Positions 51,443 to 61,689 are shown, numbered from the stretch's first letter. The stretch is 64,000 nucleotides of DNA from an uncultured Nitrospiraceae bacterium (GCA_963846575.1 CAWJWJ010000001.1:352001-416000), one strand, 5' to 3'. Numbers and translations are program-made. The notes: generated from the sequence alone by a model not told the origin.

Positions 51443-52666
51443 CTAGACCGCGCCCTTCAAGGAAGCCCCTTGGCGCCAATTCGCAAACCAACGCAGCCCC
51501 AGCATGCAATCATCTGTCACCAGATCCTGGGCGGCCTGGGGAATGGCCGATTCTTCGAACGGAGTTGGCTCACATGCGGACTTGTCGGGTTTCTCCCGAT
51601 GATCGCCCTTGAGTTCATCCACGGAACGGGCCAGCGCCTGAATCGACTGATTCAATTCCTGAATCGGCGCGACCAGGGCCTGTTGCATCACTCTGGACAA
51701 GTCTTCTGCTAGTCGATCCGAAACTGCGGCGCGTGGCCCTGTGTCACGGCGGCCTAACAATTCAACGGCCTCCCGCAGCGCAGAGACCGTGGGGCTCAAT
51801 CGATCATTGAGTGTACTTACCAGTCGGTCGCCCAGATCCCCTGGTGCCGCGATTGATCCCTGCGGTCCGCCGGCTCCGGGCGTAAAGTTTTCGAGCATCT
51901 GCTCCATGGTTTTACGAGGGAACAGCTCATCCACCATTGTGACGAACTGCTGCTGTGTCGTCGCCAATCGATGCAGGGCTGACTTTTCAATCAGCACAAA
52001 CAGGTTAGCGCAGACCAACCCCACAATGGATGTTAAAAACTTACCCGCCAATCCGTTGATTAACCCCTGAATACCAACGATGTGGGAGCCATCCGCATGC
52101 AGCTTGCTCAAGCCGATTAAAATGGCCAGGAAGGTCAGGAGCAACCCAATGCCGGTAATCAACGATGGAAACTGATTATAAAAAGAAAGGTTCAACCGTC
52201 CATTCAGCAGGTCGCGCGGGAAAAAGTCAGCCGCCGTGCGTGTGGAGAAGACCCGGGGCTCTATGAACCACGCGGTCCTCTCCACCACGAACGTCTTCCG
52301 AAAATGCAACCAAGCCTGTTCAAGGCGAAGCTCTTGACGCATGGATTTATCCAGCGTCTGGAGATCATCTAAATCGGTCCGATCCGGACCAGAGCCAGAC
52401 TGAATTGTGGCTTTTTTGGGATCGCTCAGGCCAGGGATCGTTAACCAATCGGCTTGCAGGCCCTTACGGCTGCTGCTGAGTCGCGTGAGGATCGGCCACA
52501 CACGCGTATAGCATCCCTGAACAGTAGAGATGGCCGTGGTGAGCCGTCCGACATGCCACAGAAAAAAGGCCAGCAATCCACAGGACCCTAACCAGCTCAA
52601 CAGAGGGCTGTGGAGTCCCCCAATTAAAGCCACATCCTGGCTGAGAAACTCCCAAATGGACATCAT
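51443..52666 (-). CDS. ZorA-like (MotA/TolQ/ExbB proton channel) protein
   Basis: TM1, AW..F..T, T.TAADFF, FPSLITGIGLLLTF...IGL, I.GLINGL..KFLTSIVGL, EK...DELFP, helical tail. Confidence 0.82.
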   Translation of the reverse strand: MMSIWEFLSQDVALIGGLHSPLLSWLGSCGLLAFFLWHVGRLTTAISTVQGCYTRVWPILTRLSSSRKGLQADWLTIPGLSDPKKATIQSGSGPDRTDLDDLQTLDKSMRQELRLEQAWLHFRKTFVVERTAWFIEPRVFSTRTAADFFPRDLLNGRLNLSFYNQFPSLITGIGLLLTFLAILIGLSKLHADGSHIVGIQGLINGLAGKFLTSIVGLVCANLFVLIEKSALHRLATTQQQFVTMVDELFPRKTMEQMLENFTPGAGGPQGSIAAPGDLGDRLVSTLNDRLSPTVSALREAVELLGRRDTGPRAAVSDRLAEDLSRVMQQALVAPIQELNQSIQALARSVDELKGDHREKPDKSACEPTPFEESAIPQAAQDLVTDDCMLGLRWFANWRQGASLKGAV

Positions 52667-52874
52667 TGCGCAGCACCTCCGACTCGAAAAACAGCGACAG
52701 CCTTCAAGCCTGGGCTATTTCAACTTTCAGGCCAAGGTGCGCATCCGAGGGAGGCCCAATAAATCAGAGGGTTCTCTCCAGCGAACTTTCCCACGGGATG
52801 GGGGACTGGGTAAGAACTGCCGACTAGAGGAATCTTTCTGCAGCCCGCTTCGTCTCCTCCGCCTCGTGGTTCGC

Positions 52875-53309
52875 CTACTCGTCGATCGACGGCCCAAGCC
52901 CGAGCTGGGCTCGCAGCAAATCGTGCCGCGTGATGGACCGGACCACCTTGCCGTCCTGTACGACCGGTAAGATCTGAAATCCCATCTCAAACATACGTGC
53001 GACACAGCTAAGGGTGGTATCTTCTTTTACGCCAACGAAGGCAGAATTCATGATGTCTTGAGCTCGTGCCTGCTTAAGATCCAGCCCCTTATCGATTGCG
53101 CGGATCACGTCACCTTCATTAATAAACCCCAGGAACTCATAGTCTTCCCCAACCACGGGTGCGCCGCCCACATGGCTCGTGACCATTTCAATCGCGACAT
53201 CCATGGCACTGTCTTCCGGCTTGAATTGCCGGATGGTTGTCCCCACAATATCGCCTACCACACGATATCCCTCAGCCGGGTTGCCCGCCACATCGGTAAT
53301 GACCTTCAT
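52875..53309 (-). CDS. CBS-pair protein
   Basis: GAPVV...GFINEGD, A.DIM, LPVV.DGKVV..ITRHDLL; GGAGG RBS. Confidence 0.9.
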   Translation of the reverse strand: MKVITDVAGNPAEGYRVVGDIVGTTIRQFKPEDSAMDVAIEMVTSHVGGAPVVGEDYEFLGFINEGDVIRAIDKGLDLKQARAQDIMNSAFVGVKEDTTLSCVARMFEMGFQILPVVQDGKVVRSITRHDLLRAQLGLGPSIDE

Positions 53310-53469
53310 AACTTCCTCCCTTGTTGTCGGTGTGAGTGATCTATTAAAACGTATAACCGCTCACGAATCGATTCGGCACTGGGGAGACCCCTATAGGCTC
53401 AGAAGAGGACGCACGAAGCTTGTGGATTGGGGTGCCGGTCCTGTTTAATGACGATCAGACGGAGGCCAT

Positions 53470-53799
53470 ATGATCATCCCTTGGGCCACGGCATTGCAGG
53501 TTGCCAAGAAGCTGTTGCCAGTGGTCATTCACAACGCGCCCGACCTGCTCAAAACTTTCGAACGGTATCGCACGGCTTCCCCCGCACCGAACCCGCCGCC
53601 TGTCATGCCGGCGGTGGCAGCACTCCAGGAGCAAATCGAGGCGCATCAGCGGACCATTGCCCTCCAAGCGGACACCATCGTGCAGCTTGAGGCAACCCTG
53701 AGCGTCACAAAACGCTCCTTAACCATTGCCAGGGCCATAACCGCTGTGACGACTCTCCTCTTCATTGCAATAGTTCTATTCCTCGTCCTGAGGTTTTGA
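53470..53799 (+). CDS. hypothetical coiled-coil protein with a C-terminal TM anchor
   Basis: GGAGG RBS; heptad segment then a hydrophobic tail. Confidence 0.75.
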   Translation: MIIPWATALQVAKKLLPVVIHNAPDLLKTFERYRTASPAPNPPPVMPAVAALQEQIEAHQRTIALQADTIVQLEATLSVTKRSLTIARAITAVTTLLFIAIVLFLVLRF

Positions 53800-53955
53800 G
53801 TCCATTGCCCGTGAAAGGGCATACGCCTAGGCGCCGAAATGATTAATGGTAGGCCAGCGATTTGACGCCGAGATCGTCGGTGGCGCCTTTTCAAAGGCGG
53901 GCAGAGAAGACAGAGAGCGCTTCGCGGAGGCTTACGGGTCAGACCTGGAGGGGGC

Positions 53956-54708
53956 TCAACCGGCGAATTCGTAGTAAAGATCACGAGTCTGGACGAGTTT
54001 AATGAGTTGCAGAGTGCCTGACGGGATTGCTGAAGAAACCCGCTCCCATACAGCCTTTGCCAGGTATTCTCCCGTAACAGCCTGCATGGACAATACAGGG
54101 CGCAAGTCTCGGCCTTCGAACGGCAGTAATACACGTTCCTTCACCAATCGATCGAGCGCCACAATATCTGTGACCATGCCGGTTTCTTGATCGATCGGCC
54201 CATGGACCGTCACGAAGAGGTCCCACGTATGGCCGCGGTGACCGTCATGCACCGCGGTAAACGAATACCGCCTGGTGACCGACGCGACGTCGAGGCCCGC
54301 TTCCGCCGAGAGCTCGGCACAAAGGTCTTCATCTTCGTAGAGACAAATCCTTGTCAACGTGCCGATGTCCGGTTGCGCTTGAAGCTTCGCCCAGAGCACG
54401 CGCGCAATATTCTCGGAGGTCGGAATCTGTCGTTCGAAATAGGACAGATCGAGATTGAGGTGCCTGTGGTCGAACTCCTCCAACACCTGCAGGAGTACGC
54501 GCTTCAAGTCAAAGAGGTTTACCACCATGCCGGTTCGCTGGTCGACTTCGCCCGCAACCGTCACTTCTAGGAGATAGTTATGCCCATGACCCGGATCATT
54601 ATTGCAGGCGCCGAACGTGGCTCGATTCTTTTCGGCATCCCACTCGGGCTTGTGGTACCGGTGAGAGGCGGCGAACTCGATACGTTTGGTGAGCAGGACA
54701 GCAGCCAT
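53956..54708 (-). CDS. queD: tandem-domain PTPS/QueD-family protein
   Basis: FAASH...C-x5-HGHNY.LEVTV.G..D..TGMV; second domain F.A.H..GH...G.ID.ETGMV. Confidence 0.85.
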   Translation of the reverse strand: MAAVLLTKRIEFAASHRYHKPEWDAEKNRATFGACNNDPGHGHNYLLEVTVAGEVDQRTGMVVNLFDLKRVLLQVLEEFDHRHLNLDLSYFERQIPTSENIARVLWAKLQAQPDIGTLTRICLYEDEDLCAELSAEAGLDVASVTRRYSFTAVHDGHRGHTWDLFVTVHGPIDQETGMVTDIVALDRLVKERVLLPFEGRDLRPVLSMQAVTGEYLAKAVWERVSSAIPSGTLQLIKLVQTRDLYYEFAG

Positions 54709-54765
54709 AATAATTGCTTTTAACGGTTGGAGGCTTCGAAAGGAGCCCCTCGTCAGGCCATGGGA

Positions 54766-55350
54766 TTACGTGCCCAAATCAGAAAGCCATTCTTGCCGCA
54801 TCGGCCAGGGCACCTCCGCTTCAGACTCGTAGCCCCCGTGCTGAATCGTGAGCGCCACCCGCGCGGACTGATCCGCCATGGCCAGGACCATTGGAGGTGT
54901 CGGACGGAAACGCACGAAGTGCACGGCACTGATCTTCGTTTCGTGGCTGTGCCCCCCTTCGAACTCACCATAGACCACCTCGCCTCCGGCACGCAGACCG
55001 ACCGTCTGCCCGTGATCCAATCCCATAAAAAGATCAAGCCACTGCTTCATCGTGTCCGGATCCGTGAGTTCGATCAAGAGCGTGGCGCTTAATTCACCGG
55101 GAGCGGGAAGAAGTGCATTATAGACATCCAACTCCTCCTGAATCTTCTTGGAATCGATAATCCGCTCGATCCGAATCATTTCCTGAATCTGAAACCGGAG
55201 CGTCTCCCGGTTCTCAAAGACCAATGTGACCTTGTCCCCGATCGTGATACGCCGACGCCGCTTGAGCGCGATGATAGTTTGCCGGAATGACTCGCGCTGT
55301 TGCTCGTACTGGTCCTGGGGAATCAGTTCTGCGGGGGTCAGAAGTTTCAT
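54766..55350 (-). CDS. DUF3501-family protein
   Basis: FEN..T..FQIQEM.RIE, EL.VYN.L.P..GEL.ATL.IE, SAVHFVRF. Confidence 0.9.
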   Translation of the reverse strand: MKLLTPAELIPQDQYEQQRESFRQTIIALKRRRRITIGDKVTLVFENRETLRFQIQEMIRIERIIDSKKIQEELDVYNALLPAPGELSATLLIELTDPDTMKQWLDLFMGLDHGQTVGLRAGGEVVYGEFEGGHSHETKISAVHFVRFRPTPPMVLAMADQSARVALTIQHGGYESEAEVPWPMRQEWLSDLGT

Positions 55351-55398
55351 TGGCTATCCCGGTTCATCACAACAGTGACTCGGTGTTCGATACACTCT

Positions 55399-56688
55399 TC
55401 ATGAGGCGCAGGGATCGCGCGGCAGACCGTACGCATCGCGCACGATCTGGATCGGGTGCTGCGCCCCCTTGCCTCCAGCATGCGCCGCGGCTCCGGCTTG
55501 GTCAAGTTGAAGTCCGGCCAGCGGGCAATCGGACGCCACCAGGTCGACGGGCGACTGCTCGATCACGCGCACGGCTTTTTGGGCAATCTTCATGGAGAGT
55601 GGAAAATACTCCGTCTTGGCCGACCAGGAACCGTCATGTCCGGAGCACTTTTCTATCACCTCGACCTGAGCCCCCGCACATTCCATCAGTTCCTTCGACT
55701 TAAACCCGATGTTCTGATCACGCAAGTGACAGGGCACCTGATACGCCACCCGGCCGGGCTTCTGGACGAAATCCATGGCCAAGCCCCCTTCGCGCTTAAG
55801 CTTCATAAGGTATTCTGAGACATCATAGGTACGTTCGGCCACCAGCCTCGCATCGTCTCCCGTCACGAGATTGAGATATTCGCGCTTGACCATGAGACTG
55901 CAGCTAGGCGCGGGAATGACGACATCATACCCCTGGTCGATCCATGATTTCAGCGAACTGATATTCCGCTCTGCCGCTGCCACCATTGCCGTCGTATCCC
56001 CGATATCAAAGGACGGCATCCCGCAACAGGACTGATCCGGCAATGCAACCTGCACACCGTTCTTCTCAAGAACCTGCACCGTCGCCTTACCGACATCGGT
56101 CACCTGATAATTGACCAGGCAACTCGCAAACAACGCTACTTTCTTCCCGCCAGACGATACCTTGCTTGAAACCCGCCGGCGCTCCCACCAACGAGCAAAG
56201 GTTTCTCGCTGATAATGCAGGACCTCCCGTTTCCGATGCACGCCGAGAATTGGTTCCAGCACGCCGCGTATCCATGCCTGCCCTAATGCCCAATTGACCA
56301 GCGGTGCGCATGCGCTGTTCACGCGTCCCAGCAGATCGGTCCTGGTCAGCAGCCAGTCCCGCCATTTCGTCCCGCGCTCTCCCGCCAGACGTTTTTTCCA
56401 TACCGCCATCAGGAGAGGAAAGTCGATGCCGTACTGATGGGGCGGTGTGTAAGGGCAATGGTTGAAGCAAAGTTTGCAATAATAACATTCGTCGACAATG
56501 CGGTGATGGTCCGCAGGCTTGAACTTCCTGACGTCGCTGTCAAACTCATCGATTCGGTCCAGCAACGTATTAAAGGACGGGCAGAGATTGAAACAACGGC
56601 GACAACCGTCGCACACATCGTAAATACGTAATGTCTCTCGCTCGAGGGTTGTTGGATCGATTGGTTCCAGCAGACGTAGTTCAGTCAC
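55399..56688 (-). CDS. Fe-S oxidoreductase (GlpC/HdrD-like; 2x4Fe-4S plus CCG domains)
   Basis: [37 protein letters not shown]. Confidence 0.9.
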   Translation of the reverse strand: MTELRLLEPIDPTTLERETLRIYDVCDGCRRCFNLCPSFNTLLDRIDEFDSDVRKFKPADHHRIVDECYYCKLCFNHCPYTPPHQYGIDFPLLMAVWKKRLAGERGTKWRDWLLTRTDLLGRVNSACAPLVNWALGQAWIRGVLEPILGVHRKREVLHYQRETFARWWERRRVSSKVSSGGKKVALFASCLVNYQVTDVGKATVQVLEKNGVQVALPDQSCCGMPSFDIGDTTAMVAAAERNISSLKSWIDQGYDVVIPAPSCSLMVKREYLNLVTGDDARLVAERTYDVSEYLMKLKREGGLAMDFVQKPGRVAYQVPCHLRDQNIGFKSKELMECAGAQVEVIEKCSGHDGSWSAKTEYFPLSMKIAQKAVRVIEQSPVDLVASDCPLAGLQLDQAGAAAHAGGKGAQHPIQIVRDAYGLPRDPCAS

Positions 56689-56800
56689 AAAGAAACATCC
56701 TTATTCGAAGCCTGACAATACGGCGACCGCGCGGGACAGGCCGGCCAGACCTCCGACCCATCCCGTCCCGATCACCCGACGGCCGGGCTCTCAGTAGACC

Positions 56801-57226
56801 CTACTGCTTCAAGCTATCGAGGCCCTTCGTAAACCGGTTCGCATGGGATCGCTCGGCTTTCGCCAACGTTTCAAACCACTCGGCCAATTCTGAGAAGCCC
56901 TCATCCCGAGCGGTCTTGGCCATCCCGGGGTACATCTGCGTATATTCGTAGGTCTCTCCTTCAATGGCAGACTTCAAGTTGGCTTCCGTATTTCCGATCG
57001 GCACTCCGGTAGCGGGATCGCCGACTTCTTTCAGGAAATCCAAATGTCCGAATGCATGGCCCGTTTCTGCCTCGGACGTATCACGAAACAATCCGCCGAC
57101 ATCCGGGTATCCCTCGATGTCAGCTCGACGCGCGAAGTAAAGGTACCGCCGGTTGGCTTGTGATTCTCCCGCGAATGCGTGCTTCAGGTTCTCGTGACTC
57201 TTGGTGCCTTTCAAACTGTTTCCCAT
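56801..57226 (-). CDS. rbr: rubrerythrin (short form, no rubredoxin domain)
   Basis: [32 protein letters not shown]. Confidence 0.95.
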   Translation of the reverse strand: MGNSLKGTKSHENLKHAFAGESQANRRYLYFARRADIEGYPDVGGLFRDTSEAETGHAFGHLDFLKEVGDPATGVPIGNTEANLKSAIEGETYEYTQMYPGMAKTARDEGFSELAEWFETLAKAERSHANRFTKGLDSLKQ

Positions 57227-57254
57227 ACTATCCTCCTTAGCCTATGATGACGAC

Positions 57255-57722
57255 TTACTGTTCTAGTCCACCCTCTCGGGAGACCTTGAGCCTGGCCCGC
57301 TGACAGTCCGCGCAATATCCGTGAAACTCCACCTGGTGGCCGACAATATGGAATCCTCTGGCCTGGTCGCTATTGATCGCCAGTTGATTCAGCCCTTCGT
57401 CCATGACGTCTTCGATCCGGTGGCAGGCCGAGCAAATTAAGTGATGGTGCACCATCACATTCCCGTCGAACCTCGCGACGTCGTGACCTACATTCACTTC
57501 GCGCACCAGACCAGCCTGCCGCAAAATACCAAGGGTTGAATAGACGGTGTTGCGAGAAATTCTCGGATAACGTCGTTTAACCTCCCGGTAGAGATCATTG
57601 GCAGTTGGGTGGCTCGTAGTCCTTTCCAGCGCCGTGTAGATCGCCGCGCGCTGCCTGGTCAGACGAACCGCATGCCGGCGAAAACGCTCGTAAAGTTGCT
57701 CGTGCGTAATTCTCATGTCCAT
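57255..57722 (-). CDS. perR: Fur-family regulator, PerR-like
   Basis: TRQR, HPTA, TVY, RFD, HHHLICSAC, CADC; heads the rubrerythrin cluster. Confidence 0.85.
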   Translation of the reverse strand: MDMRITHEQLYERFRRHAVRLTRQRAAIYTALERTTSHPTANDLYREVKRRYPRISRNTVYSTLGILRQAGLVREVNVGHDVARFDGNVMVHHHLICSACHRIEDVMDEGLNQLAINSDQARGFHIVGHQVEFHGYCADCQRARLKVSREGGLEQ

Positions 57723-57727
57723 CTATC

Positions 57728-57742
57728 CAGGAATGATTCCTA
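57728..57742. promoter_or_regulatory. 7-1-7-type inverted repeat (candidate Per/Fur box)
   Basis: cAGGAAT-g-ATTCCTa immediately upstream of the perR start. Confidence 0.6.
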
Positions 57743-57954
57743 CATAGCATGGAGAGCGCTCGCGCGGCAAGGCTAGAGAGTCGGTCGGTTTGCATATTCG
57801 CGCGTGATAATTCCTAGGAAAGTGGACTGGCGCTAACAGCTCGAAATGATGCGAACTACAGTAGATGCAGAAATGAGGTCGGAAGTTTCAATCCGCGGTA
57901 CCATCATAAGGAGCAGTGAAGACCTGTCTGGCCTACACCCCGGCCATGACCCCT

Positions 57955-58500
57955 TTAGCAAGGAAGCTCCTGCATCATGTCCGCGAGACACTTGTATGCT
58001 TGATCCTTGGCCGAGATTAAGGGAGTCGTCACGGGCCAGGCAATGGCCAAGGCCGGATCATTCCACACAATGCCCCGCTCATCAGCCGGCGAGTACACTT
58101 CGGTGCACTTGTAGAGGAATCCCGCTTCTTCGCTCAGCACACAAAACCCATGGGCAAACCCCGGAGGGATATACAATTGCCGCAGGTTCACATCGGACAA
58201 CTCGACTCCGTACCATTGCCCGAAGGTGGGTGACCCCTTCCGGATATCGACCGCCACATCGTACACAGCGCCCTTTACGACCGTGACAAGTTTCCCTTGT
58301 GGCCGACTCAATTGATAGTGGAGTCCGCGCAGTGCCCCCCGTACGGACCATGAAAAGTTGTCTTGAACAAAACGCGTGCTGATGCCCGCCGCGTCGTAGC
58401 GCGCTTCGTGAAAAATCTCGACGAATTTTCCCCGTGCATCCCCGAAGACGGCGGGTTCGATCTGCACGAGGCCCTTGAGCGGTGTCGGGACAATTTGCAT
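57955..58500 (-). CDS. rfbC: dTDP-4-dehydrorhamnose 3,5-epimerase
   Basis: FGDARG.F, VQDN.S.S..G.LRGLHYQ, DVAVDIR.GSPTFG, GFAHGF, YK; AGGAG RBS. Confidence 0.96.
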   Translation of the reverse strand: MQIVPTPLKGLVQIEPAVFGDARGKFVEIFHEARYDAAGISTRFVQDNFSWSVRGALRGLHYQLSRPQGKLVTVVKGAVYDVAVDIRKGSPTFGQWYGVELSDVNLRQLYIPPGFAHGFCVLSEEAGFLYKCTEVYSPADERGIVWNDPALAIAWPVTTPLISAKDQAYKCLADMMQELPC

Positions 58501-58732
58501 GGCAACTCCTGCATCTTCCTCAGGCCCGGGCGCCCATCTTACCCCGTTCCCTTCCCAGGAGAAAGCGGCGCGGACAATCCATCGCACATTTCGTGTTCCA
58601 TGAAGACGGTCGGTACTCGTGACTCGTTCGGTGTCGTCCCTCCCCTTCCTATGCACATGTCTGATTCCAGCGCCTCAGGCGCACACGGCTTGGTCTGCCA
58701 GGTTGGGAACTTAGGATGCGAGTGGATTGCAG

Positions 58733-59134
58733 TTAGTTTCTATCGGAGGGATGGGATGTGGGCGGTGGATCCGGATACAGCTTTTGCAGACGATCGATCA
58801 ATGGCTCAGCGGCAGGGCTGCTGTGTTGCGTCGGATCGCTGGGAGCATGGTCCCAGGTCAGGGCAGAAATTTCCGCCTCCGCAAAAATCTGGCGGATGGT
58901 GGCTACCAGCGCATCAAGCGTCAATTCCGTGCCAAAACGGAGATCCAGCACCCGTTCGCGCGGATTGCTCGGTGGGGGATCCGTGCTGACTAGAGCCCAA
59001 CAGCTGTCAAAAACCCTACGACGCAGGTCTTCCGGCACGTTCAACGTTGAGAGGCCGGATGTGCATAGGGCAGATACCAACAGGACAAATTGTAGGTCCG
59101 GCATACCGGGACGCTGGATATTTAGGGTTTGCAT
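58733..59134 (-). CDS. hypothetical protein
   Basis: Protein-like ORF between rfbC and a divergent gene. Confidence 0.65.
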   Translation of the reverse strand: MQTLNIQRPGMPDLQFVLLVSALCTSGLSTLNVPEDLRRRVFDSCWALVSTDPPPSNPRERVLDLRFGTELTLDALVATIRQIFAEAEISALTWDHAPSDPTQHSSPAAEPLIDRLQKLYPDPPPTSHPSDRN

Positions 59135-59236
59135 AGTGATATTATTAATCGCGGCGGCTGGGGGAGTCAATTTCCTCCACGCAGCCTCGATACGCCGCTA
59201 ATCCGAGTGCCATTCTGACCGAGAGGACCAGGCCAC

Positions 59237-59509
59237 ATGATTACGATTACGCTGATGGGACAGCTACAAACAACAGATGGCGAGCGGGATTTGGCCTGTG
59301 AGGTTCCTGCCCCACTAAGCGTGCGGCAGGTGATTCAACGGCAGGGTCGTGGGCTTCGCCACATGTTGCAACTTTTGCGTGAAAAAAAAGTGCTCGTCAC
59401 CATCAATAAACGCATAGCCAGCGAAGATTCCCTCGTACAGGACGGGGACGCCGTGCGCTTCGTGGGACACGACGGTGCCGGTGGAAGTGGACTCGCCCCT
59501 TCGTTTTAG
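59237..59509 (+). CDS. MoaD/ThiS-like ubiquitin-fold protein with a C-terminal extension
   Basis: VLVTIN.......LVQDGDAV.F; GG followed by SGLAPSF. Confidence 0.8.
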   Translation: MITITLMGQLQTTDGERDLACEVPAPLSVRQVIQRQGRGLRHMLQLLREKKVLVTINKRIASEDSLVQDGDAVRFVGHDGAGGSGLAPSF

Positions 59510-59562
59510 ACACAACGTTATGCGTACGCGCTCCGCGACATGCGGAGGGCATATATCCAGGC

Positions 59563-59609
59563 AAAAAATAGAAGGGCCGATGCCCCACATTCGGGGGCAT
59601 CGGCCCTTC
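59563..59609 (-). terminator. intrinsic terminator of the HU gene
   Basis: 16-bp stem gaagggccgatgcccc/ggggcatcggcccttc, then TATTTTTT on the minus strand. Confidence 0.85.
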
Positions 59610-59639
59610 CCTTAAACAGGGCATAAGGAAGGAGGCTGG

Positions 59640-59927
59640 TTACTTCTTTCCGAGAATTGAATCCTTGGCCATCTTGGCGACGCGAAACTTCACCACCCGC
59701 TTCGCCGGAATCTTGATCGGCTCACCCGTCTGTGGATTCCGGCCCATGCGCGCCTTCCGATTGGCAAGCACCAGTTTCCCGATGCCCGGCACGACGAAGG
59801 CATTCTTCGCTTCTCGATAGGCTAGGGCGGCGAAATCATCCAGGAATTGGACGGCCGTCTTTTTTGTAATCCCCGCCTTTCCAGCAAGATGGTCGGCAAT
59901 CTGCGATTTCGTCATCGATTTGGCCAT
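59640..59927 (-). CDS. hup: HU family DNA-binding protein
   Basis: MTKSQI, GIGK, RKARMGRNPQTGEPIKIPA...KF. Confidence 0.95.
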   Translation of the reverse strand: MAKSMTKSQIADHLAGKAGITKKTAVQFLDDFAALAYREAKNAFVVPGIGKLVLANRKARMGRNPQTGEPIKIPAKRVVKFRVAKMAKDSILGKK

Positions 59928-60056
59928 GCGTTCCTCCCTTTGAACAACGAATGAAGTGAACTGAGTGTGCGGTCTGTGATCTGTGAACTCGTACGTGCAG
60001 AGGTGGAGCCGGGAATCTGCGCCTGTCCTGCATAATTAGCCCGAAAACAGGGCGAG

Positions 60057-60085
60057 AGTGTATCCAAAGCCCTAGGGGCTGTCAA
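60057..60085 (-). promoter_or_regulatory. sigma70-type promoter of hup
   Basis: TTGACA-N17-TACACT on the minus strand. Confidence 0.7.
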
Positions 60086-60222
60086 GAGCCGCAAAGTGGA
60101 TATAGGCGCGTCCCAACGGGCGATCAGCGCGATTCATGCCCTTGCGCGACACCCCGGCTGCGGAGTAGAGTAGGCTCACGGACGACGGTAGATGGCATTA
60201 TTGAGGATCACGAGGCAGCTTC

Positions 60223-60783
60223 ATGGGCAAACAACTTCCTATTCTTCCCTCTGCAACACAACCGGCCGAGGGTGCTGCGGCTGAAGCAGTCATCTACTCC
60301 CGTGTCTTTTGCAAGAACGAGAATGCCCCGCCGCTGCGACTGCTCGTGGACTTTCTGAAATCGCGCGGACAGCTCCCGATTCTCCCCCCTGACTTGGACG
60401 ACGCGTTACTGGATGAATGGGCCTGGGTTCAGATTGTTCTGGGGTATGCACAAGAGCGAAAGCCGATTAATGTGTTTTGCGTTCGCGATCGCGGGAGCTA
60501 TCAAGACCTGTTCGAGCAAGAGCAGAAGCTGTTTCTTGAAACGCTTTCGTCCTATGACGATATCGAAGCTAGCCTGGCCCAGGAGCATGTAACCCGGGCT
60601 CGATTCATCATCTCAACACGTATGATCGAGACCGACGTGACCGAGGAAGGTTACGACTTCAATGGATGGATCCTTGAATTTTTCCAAGAACATTGCAACG
60701 GCATTGTGCAGATTGATCGACAAGGATTTTTCTCTCCAAAGGGGGAACTCATCGTCGATCTCTCCCCGCCAGAAGTAGAATAG
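60223..60783 (+). CDS. acidic hypothetical protein
   Basis: 186-aa ORF, likely co-transcribed with the YkgJ gene. Confidence 0.75.
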   Translation: MGKQLPILPSATQPAEGAAAEAVIYSRVFCKNENAPPLRLLVDFLKSRGQLPILPPDLDDALLDEWAWVQIVLGYAQERKPINVFCVRDRGSYQDLFEQEQKLFLETLSSYDDIEASLAQEHVTRARFIISTRMIETDVTEEGYDFNGWILEFFQEHCNGIVQIDRQGFFSPKGELIVDLSPPEVE

Positions 60784-60788
60784 GTCCC

Positions 60789-61418
60789 ATGGGGGCGCCC
60801 TCGTCCGGCTTTTTACCCCTGCCCTTGTTTCAGCAAGCCGACTCCTGGTTCCGAAGGGCCAAGGCCTCACTCCTCAGTGCCATACCTTGCTGCCAAGGGT
60901 GCAGCGCCTGTTGCATCGGCATTTTCCCCGTCACCCGTTTGGACACCCTAGAACTGCGCCGCGGCCTCGATATGCTACCGACTGCACAGCAGGACGTCAT
61001 TGCTTCACGTGCCCGCGCACAAGTCGAGGCGCTCGAATCCGCCTATCCACTCCTTCGATCCAAACCAGCCTTAGACGGTTTTGATGACCGTATCATCGAC
61101 GATATGGTTGAACAATTCGCCGATCTTCCTTGCCCTGCTCTGGATCCAGACGGCACCTGCGGGATCTATGCGTTCCGGCCCCTGACCTGTCGAACTATGG
61201 GCATACCTATCGACTCAGAGGGTCTGGTGCACGGGGCCTGTGCTGTGCAAACAGCTGTCCCCATTATCTCTCTTTCATCAAGCATTCGAACCGAGGCGGG
61301 GAGGCTGGCGGAGTATGAAGCCGTGGCATTGTCGATCGTGAGCAGAGCTCAACCGGGTGCGGGCGATGAGGTCCTTCTGCCCTACGGGTTTCTGCCAGAT
61401 CACCACTCAACTCCCTAG
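60789..61418 (+). CDS. YkgJ-family Cys-cluster (Zn/Fe-S) protein
   Basis: CCQGCSACC, CPAL...G.C.IY..RP..CR. Confidence 0.9.
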   Translation: MGAPSSGFLPLPLFQQADSWFRRAKASLLSAIPCCQGCSACCIGIFPVTRLDTLELRRGLDMLPTAQQDVIASRARAQVEALESAYPLLRSKPALDGFDDRIIDDMVEQFADLPCPALDPDGTCGIYAFRPLTCRTMGIPIDSEGLVHGACAVQTAVPIISLSSSIRTEAGRLAEYEAVALSIVSRAQPGAGDEVLLPYGFLPDHHSTP

Positions 61419-61465
61419 ACAGCTATAGAAACGCTATGCTAATGTGACGGATCTGATCGGCGGGA

Positions 61466-61542
61466 GCGCCTGTAGCTCAGTTGGATAGAGCATCAGCCTC
61501 CGGAGCTGAGGGCCACAGGTTCAAATCCTGTCAGGCGCACCA
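61466..61542 (+). tRNA. tRNA-Arg(CCG)
   Basis: GCGCCTGTAGCTCAGTTGGATAGAGCA-TCAGC-CT CCG GA-GCTGA...GGTTCAAATCC...GGCGCACCA. Confidence 0.97.
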
Positions 61543-61587
61543 TTCACTCCGACAGGCACATCACGATCGATACATACCGCACCGGTG

Positions 61588-61663
<76 letters not shown>

Positions 61664-61689
61664 TTTTTCAAAAACGTACGTACTTCGAT

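Noticed and set aside
50683..52666. Flagellar motAB or tolQR/exbBD call
   Set aside because: Three-TM ZorA-like motifs and tail; partner has an OmpA-like domain unlike ExbD/TolR; no flagellar or TonB context
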